Source: Tubulanus polymorphus (taxonomy: Eukaryota; Animalia; Nemertea). Taken from it: 64,000 bases of DNA. Under the pieces are notes generated by a model. It saw only the letters and a list, made by a program, of their open reading frames with translations. It had not been told where the DNA came from and searched no databases. Of this stretch, positions 1 to 11,569 are shown one piece after another. Numbering within the stretch: the first letter of the stretch is position 1; every line of letters starts with the position of its first letter. The stretch lies in contig NC_134027.1 in assembly GCF_964204645.1 (NCBI RefSeq), forward strand, positions 16,028,485 through 16,092,484, written 5' to 3'. The position numbers were made by a program, and so were the translations under genes.

Positions 1-508
1 ATGCAAGTTGAACTTCCTTCTTTGTCGATATGCGTGATATGCGTTCAGCAATCGCAGACAGTTTATTGTAATAGTTTTCTGTCCATTTCGTATCCACGTC
101 GGCAGATTCGTTTTCATAGTCCAGATAAATGGTTGACATCGGGTGTAGATAGTCTGGTGCGGTTATCGATTCGGTAAACTCAATGAACGAAGAATTTGAC
201 ATTATGTCTTCTTTGTAGTTGCCACATTTGGCTTTTGCTTGTTTCACTAGCAGTTGTGCCACGTTATTTGCCATATCCTGACATATTTCAACCACTTTGC
301 TGTATGTATACGTTCCTTTACGAACCATAGCAGAAATAATATCCGTAAGATTAGAAGTCATTTGCAAGTTTAGGTTGCAATGTGTTAAAAACAAAAAGTT
401 CAAGTGACTATCCACATTGGGAGCAATGTTTTCGTAGAGGATGATAGTAGCAGCGGCATCAAATCTGCTGTTCTTGGCCTCTTCGGGCAGTTGAGAGATA
501 AGATCCAT
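1..508 (-). CDS. Hypothetical protein, partial (runs off the window start)
   Basis: ATG at 508 (CAT 506-508); frame MDLISQLPEEAKNSRFDAAATIILYENI... stays open to position 1; divergent from the nuclease gene. Confidence 0.6.
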   Translation of the reverse strand, partial: MDLISQLPEEAKNSRFDAAATIILYENIAPNVDSHLNFLFLTHCNLNLQMTSNLTDIISAMVRKGTYTYSKVVEICQDMANNVAQLLVKQAKAKCGNYKEDIMSNSSFIEFTESITAPDYLHPMSTIYLDYENESADVDTKWTENYYNKLSAIAERISRISTKKEVQLA

Positions 509-861
509 TTTGTGTTTTTTTTCAGTTTATTCTGATTTAGCTTGACTTTGACAGGTCAAGGGGTAACAGTTGAATGATTTGGTTAGGTACTGGCGAGTGA
601 CTTTTAGCTCTAAAACCACTTTTATACCTAACTTTAAATTTTCGGACTCTAGTGAGGAAAAATCCTAACAATTCTGAACTTGTATATCAGGTACGCTTTT
701 TTGGGTATAAATGAAGTGTTAGGATTTTTTATGTTAGAAAAAATTGTGTCCATGTGTTTATAGTGATATCATGGTGAGGTAAAAATTTGTATTTTGTACC
801 CTAGAGAAATTATTACAATAAAGTATTGACTTTACTTGTTTTTGTTGTGGGTGTTCATATC

Positions 862-2765
862 ATGGCTGACAAGGAATCATGGAAGAGTGGCATGACTCAG
901 GGGGTTGTGTCCTACGAGGAAATGGTCAAGAAGATAGAAGAGAGGAAAAATAAATCAGGCAGCAATAAAAGAGGTGGTCGGACTCCAGCTACTGCTACCG
1001 TTACCCCAGCTGTTGCCGGTCTGCCTAGAGGTTATGTGCCACCCAAGGTAACACCAAATACCCCAAAATTGATGACTACTACCCCCGCTGCCCAAAAAAG
1101 GAATGTTCCCGTAGATGTAGTCGCTTCACCGGCATCTAAAATTACCCCTTCGCACGGCGGAGCAAAACCCAAAGTTACCCAGGCTTCTGTTGCTACAACG
1201 GCAGTTGTCAATGCTTTAGACTCCACTGGTGGTTATGAGAGCTTATACGAATTGTATTTTTACTCGCTGCGTGCGTGTAATCTTGCATTCGTAAACGGTG
1301 GTTCTGGTTTGTACAACAGTGGCGTAAACAAAGATCAGATTCGTAAACTATGCGCTCAAAACAGGAATCTAGAGGCGTATTACATTATAACAAGGTTTTG
1401 CAAACTGGACAAAGATTTTTCTCTACGTTGCATCGAGGTCAATCAAGAAAAAGGGCAGCAGTTAATTGGAAGCACAGGTTAAAAATATCCCCTGGCTCAA
1501 AGTTGCCTTACCCCAAGCCAACAAGCTGACTTTTGATCAAGTCAAGAAAATCATAGACGACAAGATGTCTGAATGTCAAGCTGAATGCAGCAAGGCAATC
1601 TTGCATAAAATATCACTAAAACACATGACGACCAATCAAGCGATGACAATGGGAACGTATCTTCACAAGATTGCTTTTGATCTGCTACTACCCAACATGG
1701 TCGAGTTGTTGATGCGCGATTTCTGCAACGAACCCCTTTATCTGTACCTGGGCGGTAGAATGTCGAACAAAGGTCTGTTTATGATGGCTAGCACACAGGA
1801 TGGTGTCGTGACCACGATCAGCAGAGAAAGAGAATATCGAGAAAAAGTTTGCAATATTGCCGATACCCAACTGGTTAGATGCACTAAGGATACAGGCGCG
1901 CTAAGTCCACTAATGTCTAGCACAAGCAACGATTGTCCAGATACCTTAGCACTGGTTGAAATGAAAACTTTTGCAAAACCAAGACTCACCGCGCAGAAGC
2001 AAGCAGAATTGCTCTCTGTGATTGATCCGAAAAATGCCTTCATGCAGTTCATGATCGAAGCGTGGCGAGAAAACAAAAAAATTGGGCAGCGTTTTTACTG
2101 AAGGTAGTTCTTTTGTTAGACATCACAAAGCCGTGATCATGGTGTTCAACGCAGACTCGCCGGCAAACGAGATCGTATTTACGGGCATTTACAATGAACA
2201 TGAAATCCCCGTCAAGCTTACTCCCAACTGTTACTTCATGACACAAATGCACGAGCAGGCCGCTGTCTATAACGCCCAACAGCCACATATGAAATCCCTC
2301 TTCTTTTCCATAATGGGAGCCGACAAACCAACAGAAGACACAAGTTCGTTTAGATGTCTCAACCGATTGGGAATTGTGTACGGTTTGTGCATCGGGTTTG
2401 ACATCCAAGACTTGGCTATGTCCGCAAGTGACTTGTTGGCCAATTTCAAATCACACTACGGTGCTAGCAATCATACAGAGTTCATGGAAATAGTTTTAGA
2501 CAGCGTACCCGTCGTCAAGCATAAAGATGCCAGCAAAGATCTAGTCTCGAGCATGAGCAGAATGAGCATTAGCGGTGATAGTTATAGAGGTCCGCCGCCA
2601 AATGTTCGCACTTACAGCGGTGTGAACACCGGACTTCCATTCAAACACTGCACCGACAACCCAGCTGCGGTGATGGCCGGACATGTTCGCGGCAAAGGAA
2701 ACAAGATAATTTCTGCTATCACGACGGTGAGGAAAAACTTGGAAATTATCAAGTCGTGGGAGTGA
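862..2765 (+). pseudogene. YqaJ/lambda-exonuclease-like (viral alkaline nuclease type) PD-(D/E)xK nuclease, split over three overlapping ORFs
   Basis: ORFs 826-1482, 1466-2101 and 2082-2765 overlap end to end. Motifs in order: TTNQAMTMG, MASTQDGVV (ASPDG-like), LVEMKT (ExK), YFMTQMHEQ (Y..QxxxQ). The second break is next to an A7 run, so it may be a sequencing error. Confidence 0.65.
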
Positions 2766-3514
2766 AAAACTATTTCAAGTACTAACTTTAATCAAGTCTG
2801 AAAACACGTCTGAAAACACGTTAGACTGAATTGAGTTTCCGGTGAGAAAAGTTGGGTACAAAACTCTATCAGAGTCATATGATCGCGGCGTGATTTTCTG
2901 GTGAATGATATCATATGTTATATAAAAATTAGGCGAGTTTTTTCCCTATCAAAAAAGTTACCATCTCGAGGTATCCGACTCGACACTCTCCTCTCAGCGA
3001 TCTCACCAAGAGCTAACTTCTGCAAGTTCAACAGGCTTCGTCTTCCCGTCTTCCAAGTAGGCTTCGTCTTCCTGTCTTCCCAGAGGTCAGATGGTTGTAG
3101 ATCACCAAGGTCTGTTCGGCAAGGGAGCAAATTGTCAAGAAAATAGATAGGGATTTCTATTTCGAGCTGCTGAAAAAATGTGTCCAAAAATGTAAAGTTG
3201 AGTAGTGAGAAAATATCTGTGGTGAAAAAACTTGGTTAGGTTTTAATAAGATTCTCACTCGAATTTTGTATTTAAATGTGATCACTGAGCAAAGTTCCAT
3301 AGTACTCTCTCGACACGAGTCTTGGACACAAGTTCGAAAATAAAAAATAAAGGTTAGACGTGGAAAAAATTTGCTGGTTACAGGATAACTGACTTTGTTC
3401 GTGACGAAGATTCTCGAGTACGACGACGAGGTGTTTTTACCATCTTTACCCAAATAGCAACACCAACCACTACCAACTCAACCAACTCAACTAAACCAGT
3501 CAGCAACACAGTCT

Positions 3515-4579
3515 TTGTTACCCCCAAAGTACGTTAGTTCTACGCAGAAGGATTCCGCAACTTTGGATAACTATCTAACCCAGTGTGTTGATGCTATTCT
3601 TACTTGTCAAATAGAGCAGGAAGAAAATATACCAGTGCCAGAACTTAAAACCTCGGATCTTCAAGACTCGACAACAATGTCTCAGACACAAATCGAGAAC
3701 GTAGACGTAGATACACACGCGGATAACTCAAATACAGAGAACGCAGACGCAGATACACTGGTGGATAACTCGAATACCGATACCACAAACATAGAAGAGA
3801 ATCCAGGCGAACCACCAAGTAATCCCAACGCACATCAACAGGCACCAACTTCTCCACCAACCACCGACGTTGCCGGCGCTACTACCCCTGCTGACTGTGA
3901 CTCTCCTCCCGGCTTTCAAATTGATATTCGACAATTACGCAAATATCTCGAAATCACGTGTGTGCCGAAAAAGTTACCCCAACATAAAATATTACAGTAC
4001 GTTGGTCTGGCAGTGGAAACGTTCAACATCAAGACTAAATTCAACTTATTGGACCACCAAAAACCAATGTATACCATAGAATTCATGAGAAATCACAAAC
4101 TAAAAGTAAATCTGCAAACTCCTCCTCTACACAATTTCGTGCGAGGATATCTTTCCGGATGCGGTGTTATATTTCACGAGGGACCAATTGAGACCAATAT
4201 CGTTCCTAGGCAACCACCACTCGGCTTTTTTAAAAGGAGAGTAGAAGACGGCGAAGGTGAAAGCTCTAGGGTTGTATCTTCTTCATCGGCAAATCACGAC
4301 AACGGTGAATTACCCTGTCATTTACTCTATTATCACGAATCGGAACATCGTCTGTGGATTACGGCTCCGCAGTTGAATACGAATGCGTTGTACAACGTGC
4401 TCAATTTCCGATCGAACAGAGAACTTCAATCTATCCGACAAGGAAAGTCTACGGTCGACTACAACACCGGCATGTATTTGGACTTGGCATTTGTGTCGTT
4501 TACCACAAAACAATCACTCTACGCTTATTTTGGTTACGCTTGTTCTACAACGACTTGGAACATTGGTCTGAAAGGTTAG
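3515..4579 (+). CDS. Hypothetical protein with low-complexity T/D/N/P-rich N-terminus
   Basis: 354-aa ORF; first ATG at 3677; a possible frameshifted continuation runs to about 4763, followed by AATAAA. Confidence 0.55.
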   Translation: MLPPKYVSSTQKDSATLDNYLTQCVDAILTCQIEQEENIPVPELKTSDLQDSTTMSQTQIENVDVDTHADNSNTENADADTLVDNSNTDTTNIEENPGEPPSNPNAHQQAPTSPPTTDVAGATTPADCDSPPGFQIDIRQLRKYLEITCVPKKLPQHKILQYVGLAVETFNIKTKFNLLDHQKPMYTIEFMRNHKLKVNLQTPPLHNFVRGYLSGCGVIFHEGPIETNIVPRQPPLGFFKRRVEDGEGESSRVVSSSSANHDNGELPCHLLYYHESEHRLWITAPQLNTNALYNVLNFRSNRELQSIRQGKSTVDYNTGMYLDLAFVSFTTKQSLYAYFGYACSTTTWNIGLKG

Positions 4580-5857
4580 TGAGGAATCACGTTTTTTCTT
4601 GGGTACAAAATAACATTTTGCAATAAATGGACGAGATTTGGACTTGTTTGAAAAACAAAGTGATGCTGGACATTTCGTTCCAGCGGACGAGTTTTTAAAA
4701 AATATTGCACCTTTCATGAAATGGTATGAGGAGAACAAGGTGGTTCCTCGACCAAATGTTTGATATGTGCACATGCATGTTTTAAAAAAATAAATGTAAA
4801 TATAATTCTAAATATTTGTGTTGAAGTTTTTTGCTCGCTACCTAACCACTGATTCTTGTTTTTTTGGGAAGCGAGTAGGCGACGCTAGCGCTAGGCCACA
4901 TCGGTACACGGTACACGGTACAAGAAAAAAACATGGACTATTTTCTTTAAAATCTTTTAAGGTTTATGGTAAAAGAGTATGAAAAATCTTCGCACCGTGC
5001 ACCGCACTGTGTACCTTAAGGTATAGTAGCCAGAGAGACCCCCATATTTTTATGCCTCAGCGCCACTTTATCGACTATTGGTCATTTTTGGAACTATTCA
5101 TTTTTCAACTTTGGAAACACAACTCTGCCGCTGCTAAGCCACTATAACATTGGTAATTCGACAAGACTTACACGATTTGGCCCTGCCGGGCTGGGACATT
5201 ATGTCTTGTCATACTCAGGGCCGTTGTGGCCTAGCTCTAGTGTCGCATCCACGCTTCCTAAAACAAGAAACAGTGGTTGACGGCGCGGGATTTTTTGGAC
5301 TTGTAATTTTCTCTGATCCCACATGTCGAATCGGTAGAGACTTTCCATAGACATTCATTTTGTTACCCAAATGCAGCCTGTGCAGTAAAACGTCAGTTTT
5401 TCTAAATATCTTTGGTACGTGGTTAGATTTTCTGGGTACAAATAGTTTCCTCACCATGTTTTTATAAAAACTATGTGTATCATTTCAAAATGCCTGGACA
5501 ACAAGTAACTCAAACTATTAAAGCCATCCGGGATGAAGATTATCTCATCCTAGCTGAAAATCTCTATCTCTGAAACGGCCTTGGTCAGAAACCGTCAGGT
5601 GACAACCACCTAGTAAGGAAAGCTCGAAGAAGTCAGGATTCAACGGAATTGGTTGCACAATGCGGGCGGATTTACAAACGTCTTTTAGTGTGAGGGACCA
5701 CCAACCAACGATTAAACTTTGCAAAATTCAGTGCTATCCAAACCAATCTTTTTGGTGAACCATCAACCTACAGAATCGTGGATGAAGAAGGAAGAATTAT
5801 CCAGCCGGTCTGAACAACAAGACCAGGAATAGACAGATTACTAACCAGGTACCCCCT

Positions 5858-7500
5858 TTCCCACACTGGAATTTCTTTTAAACTTTACAAACATGCTTCT
5901 GTCTGTCGATTGATTAATATTATTCCAAAATAAAATTGTAGTTTTTCATCCAAGTTCTAATGTTAGCTTATTGCGCATGCGTTAAGTGAACCCTTCCCTG
6001 CTACACCCCCTTCCCACATAGAGATTCGTTTTAAACTTCACATACGGACAACCAGTCAATATTCCAAAGTAAAATTACAGTTTTTCATACAAGTTCTCGA
6101 TGTAGCATACTGCGCATGCGCGAGAACCACCATGTTTTGTCCGCCATGTTCTAGCTTCATTCACTGCGCTGACTTTCTACTGAAAGGACGTATCGAGATT
6201 TTCTCCGGCCGACAAATCGAATTATTTTTACCTCTTTCCACACCAGGATTATTGTGATTCTTGGATATAGCATCTATCTAGTGTCGATACACATTTTGGT
6301 GAGTTAAAATTTCAGTTTTTCCTAAAATCTTGACTTTGTAGACCATTTTATGCGATTTTTCTTGTAATATTGTCAGAGTTGCATGTACTATGGTTTGCAG
6401 GCTTCCCACAGTTGGATTTCGCTATAACTTTGTATTTTAACTTGTTTTAACATGCTATGAACGCATTCGCCGAGAAAATTCAGTTTTTCTATGAGGTTTT
6501 GATTTTTCGAGGGATGCCTTTGACAACCCTTGACCCTAGCTGAACAAAATTTCAAAGAGCATCTTCCTACACTCGGATTTGCTTTAAACTTCGTATTTGA
6601 GTCTTTTATGATGTTCTATCATCGATTCCAAAGAGAAGATGCAGTTTTTCTCCGAGGTTTAGATTTTACGTGAAAGGGGCCCTGACCCCTTAAACCCCAA
6701 TACATATCTCTGCCTTCCCACAGTTTGATTTTCTCAAAAACTCAACAAATGACATCTAACCATAGAACATAGACGATTCCAATCAAAAGATTGCAGTTTT
6801 TCATCGGGAGTTTGTCTTTTCCACTACTGCGCATGGGCAAGGGTGACCTCCTGTGTCTAATAACCCAACTTATACAAAAATCACACACACTTGGATATCG
6901 ATGGAACTTTGTATAACTGCTTGTTTTCAGGTTTTTCTAAATATTTTATAATTTTTCATTTTGGGTGTTTTTTTGGCTCACTTGCGCCCCAGATCCCCCC
7001 ACCATAGAAAACATGGTTCCCACACTGGGATCGAATTGAAACTTTGCACACATCATCTCTATAACGTATCTAGCCCATTCCACCAGAAAAATTACAGTTT
7101 TTCATCAAAGCTTTCGTTTTACCATACTGCGCATGCGCAAAGTTGGCCATCTTGTGTCCACCACGTTCTCAATTCATTTCCATTCTGTCTTTCAGACCGT
7201 ACGGATCTACCCGAATTCTGTGCTATCATTTGGATTATTCTACACCAGTTCCCACAGTTCGGATTACCATTAGAAAACTATTGGTGAGTAGACATTTCAG
7301 TTTTCTACAAATGTTGACTTTGAGACGATTTTTTATGTTCAATTTCAGGAAAGTTGTGAATTTGTCATTTGGTTATTTGCTAGAATACCATGTTCCCCTA
7401 CTGCGATTTGCCTCAAACTGTGCATGCGTGCTTATTTTTGACCGATAGACACGATGGTGAAATAATATTTCAGTTTTTCTCAAAAATAAAATTTTTGAAA
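5858..7500 (+). repeat. Array of about 10 degenerate units (spacing about 135-230 bp) with conserved boxes TTCCCACA..GGAT / AAACTT / CAGTTTTTC
   Basis: Unit starts at about 5858, 6011, 6235, 6403, 6564, 6715, 6881, 7017, 7249, 7393. Distance from box A to CAGTTTTTC is 78-79 bp in six units. Confidence 0.8.
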
Positions 7501-7704
7501 AAACTTATAGTTAATCCCTGTTGATCTGTTCGGTATGAATAGCGATCCCAAAATTGCTCAGGGTTTTAGAAGTAGGTTTGGCAGTATTCACGTTCTTATA
7601 CCGCTTTGTGTTCTAATGTTCAATCACGTTGATTCTATCCACTCCATTTTCAGTACCAAAACGCAACACATCGATATATAAATTATCTTTGGCAAATTTC
7701 CAAT

Positions 7705-9060
7705 ATGAAGCAATATTGTGTTCTTTGTGAGAAAGACATAGCTTCGAGTTTTCCACGCCACCTGAAAAGCTTTCATCGCATTACGGAAAGAACTATAACA
7801 TTATTCGGAAAAGACTTCAAGGTAGGTAGAAAATCACGTCTGAAATCATTCACGTTTTTGAATCAAACTTTACATGGATTTCATTACTTCACCTCAAATC
7901 ATGTCTAAAATAATTATCGGTTCACACTCATACTATATATTTAACGGGGAGATAATTTTTGCGAGACCTCCCCCCATTACAAGTAAAATCGTCTGGCGTT
8001 AGACCAGTAAAATGTAAAGAGTACGCTTATATGCGGTTCCCGACGTGGAGTGGTTAAAGTCCAACTTCAAATCACGTCTGAAATCATTCACGTTTTGAAT
8101 CAAACTTGATAATCGTAATCGATGTAAATCAAATCCTGATCACGTCTAATATCATTCGCGGTTAAAATCACATGGATTTCATTATTTCATCTCGCATCAC
8201 GTCTAAAATAATTGAGATTTAAACTCACACCGTATAGACTAAAGTGATTTTGTCTTTTGTTTCAGAATATGGGAAAACACAAGGACGAAATGGAAAAGAT
8301 TCCGTTGGTCAACAGATCAACGGTATTTACAAAGTGTCCGGTGGCGGACTGCCCCAAGCTTGTGAAACAATTGGGTCCCCACCTACAAAGCAGTTGCCAC
8401 AATCTGAAGCAAACAGACGCCAAGTACAAAGAACTAATGTGTGAAGGGAAAAAAGCAGAATATAAAATCAAAAAAGAAGTGAACGAAGAACATCGTGAAG
8501 AAGAACGTGGCGCAAATGACGAGGACGATGTAGGTAACGAAATTGATAACGATGAATTAGTGGATAATGAAGAGAATGATGTAGAAGTAGATGGTGTTAT
8601 GGACGATACAATGATGGAGAGTGATGATGATTACATCAACGAACACGCGATAGCTAGACGATCACATGAAAAAACACCACAAAAAATTGCACACAAAAAG
8701 AAAGCTAAAATAATGGACGATGATTATGGAACAGACAATGATAATGATGACGAAGATTATGTCGATGATGGTGAGGTTAAGAATGATTCAAACGATTACA
8801 AAAATGCAGGAGCAGGACAGTCACACAGAAAAACGACATCAAAGTCACACAAAAAGCATAAAGTACCTGACAATTTGAAAGAAGAACTTGCCGCTTTGTT
8901 CAAGAATGAAATAAAGAAGAAAAATATTAGAATTCAGGACGTGCGTACAAAAATGAACAATTCGGTACTTCAACAATTCATAACTTTGTACGGACACGAT
9001 AAGAATATCATGGAAAAAAGATGTTATGATATTGTTCGAGGGATGTATAGAACAAAGTGA
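7705..9060 (+). CDS. Spliced Zn-finger protein paralogous to the adjacent recombinases but lacking the catalytic domain (exons 7705-7821, 8266-9060)
   Basis: Exon 1 is 39 codons (CVLC..PRHLKSFH) ending AAG|GTAGGT. Acceptor TTTTGTTTCAG|AAT at 8265/8266 is phase 0 and in frame. Exon 2 has CPVADC..HLQSSCH, an acidic tract and a helical C-terminal domain. Confidence 0.7.
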
Positions 9061-9261
9061 CTTTTGTCACAATTTTGTAAAGTCGCATCGATGAATATGC
9101 CGAAGATAATAAACTTCCATCGCGTGATTAAAATCGATTTTCTGACTTAATGAGGTTGTTGTACACCAGCACACCCAACAGATGGCATTGTTGTGCATGG
9201 GTCCAATTTTACACTGAAACAGCCCAAAACTAACCGGTTATTTGCTAATATTTCAAAAACG

Positions 9262-9541
9262 GTTGACCAAATCAGCCAACATGCTGTGGGAAATTTATTT
9301 GTTATTATCTAACGCATGTAGTTATATTATTTTTAGTACTCTTGTATTATCTGTATAACCTGCACTCTCTTGAGAAATTAACATTTTTTGGGACTTAGCG
9401 TAAAAAATCATTCAAAATTTTAACGATATTTCAAATGAGCACAGCTTTTACTGTAGCACCAAACGTACTTAAATTTATATCAAAATGTTCAGAATCAAAT
9501 TTTGAACAACTTTTTCACAGCATGTTGGCAGTGATTTCAAC
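9262..9541. repeat. Imperfect inverted repeat, possible MITE/DNA-transposon remnant
   Basis: GCCAACATGCTGTG (9275-9288) and CACAGCATGTTGGC (9516-9529) with imperfect extension; non-coding. Confidence 0.35.
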
Positions 9542-9654
9542 TAATAAGAAAGTTATAAGGCAAACAGTGACATTTTCTATACTATTTTTAATGTAGCCAT
9601 GACCCATAGCACAGTAACGCCCCTAGTGATATTAGTTCTGCAAGAGCCCCATTC

Positions 9655-11185
9655 TTTCACGTCTCAAGTCATAATGCTCTTTCCCATCAACGTCAAATCA
9701 CTCGTGTCTAAACTCACCGTCGGCTAGTTGTTGAACGTTAAAAAACAAATCATATCTCAAATCATTCACGTCTCAATTCACAGTCGCCTACTCGATTCGC
9801 GTCTCAAATCATTCACGTCTCAACTCCGATCAATGTCGAATCACGTCTCAAATCATCAGCGTCTCAAATAATTTGCGTCTCATATGATTCGTGTCTCAAA
9901 TCACACTCCGATCAAAGTCAAATCACGCCTCGAATCATTCGCGTCTCAAATCACAGTTGCTTTTTACAGTTCATAGTCGAAATTCAGATCTCGTTTCATT
10001 GTCTCTTTGGTCAAATTCGAATCACGCCTCAAATCAAATCACGCCTCAAATCAAATCACGCCTCAAATCATTCACGTCTCAACTCATAAGCTTTTTCCGA
10101 TCAATGTCGAATCACGTCTCAAATCATCAGCGTCTCAAATAATTTGCGTCTCATATGATTCGTGTCTCAAATCACACTCCGATTAAAGTCAAATCACGCC
10201 TCGAATCATTCGCGTCTCAACTCATAATGCTTTTTCCGATCAATGTCGAATCACGTCTCAAATCATCAGCGTCTCAAATTCAGATCTCGTCTCATTGTCT
10301 CTTTGGTCAAATTCGAATCATTCGCATCTCAACTCATAATGCTTTTTCCGATCAATGTCGAATCACGTCTCAAATCACCAGCGTCTCAAATAATTTGCAT
10401 CTCATATCATTCGTGTCTCAAATCACACTCCGATCAAAGTCAAATCACGCCTCGAATCATTCGCGTCTCAAATCACAGTTGCTTTTTACAGTTCATAGTC
10501 GAAATTCAGATCTCGTCTCATTGTCTCTTTGGTCAAATTCGAATCATTCGCATCTCAACTCATAATGCTTTTTCCGATCAATGTCGAATCACGTCTCAAA
10601 TCACCAGCGTCTCAAATAATTTGCATCTCATATCATTCGTGTCTCAAATCACACTCCGATCAAAGTCAAATCACGCCTCGAATCATTCGCGTCTCAAATC
10701 ACAGTTGCTTTTTACAGTTCATAGTCGAAATTCAGATCTCGTCTCATTGTCTCTTTGGTCAAATTCGAATCACGCCTCAAATCAAATCACGCCTCAAATC
10801 ATTGACGTTTCAACTCATAATGCTTTTTCCCATCAATGTCGAATCACGTCTCAAATCATCAGCGTCTCAAATAATTTGCGTCTCATATGATTCGTGTCTC
10901 AAATCACACTCTGATCAAAGTCAAATCACGCCTCGAATCATTCGCGTCTCAAATCACAGTTGCTTTTTACAGTTCATAGTCGAAATTCAGATCTCGTCTC
11001 AAATCATTCAAGCCTGAAATCATTCACGTCTCAAATCACATTGGCTTCTTACAGTTCACAGTCAAAATTCAGATCTCGTCTCAAATCATTCAAGTCTCAA
11101 ATCATTCATGCCTCAAATGATAGTCATCTCTGTCTGCAACTCGCAGTATACATGCCAATCACGCCTCCAATCACTCACGCCTCAC
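9655..11185 (+). repeat. Satellite array I: 16-bp monomer AATCATTCRCGTCTCA with a 226-bp higher-order repeat
   Basis: ATTCGAATCA recurs at 10311, 10537 and 10763 (226-bp period); monomer variants throughout. Confidence 0.9.
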
Positions 11186-11569
11186 CCCTTCCCCAGAGTC
11201 GTCCTAGGTATATGTTGCGATATTTTCACGAGAGGATGAAGATATGTAAATCGACTTGAATCTTTGTTCTACGATATTTGCCATGGAAGGATTGAAAATA
11301 AAAACATTGAACGGTCCATTTGCACAGGACTAATTTTTAGTATTAGTGTCATGTAAAAGTTTGTTCAACGATAGCTGAACCGCACAGTATAGCGACAAGA
11401 GGCATGGTATCGATTTCTCTTTCAATTAGCTCACAGATCGTGACAAGTCGACTCAAGTGTCAAGTCAACTCAACCACACAATAAAATATCCAACCCTCCT
11501 CATTTTAGCGTCATTCAAACATCATTTTGTGGTTGTATTTTCACAGGAGTATTTTTGCGACATTGTATC

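Noticed and set aside
4903-5016. GGTACAC repeats with an imperfect inverted partner
   Set aside because: Too short and degenerate to call a mobile element.
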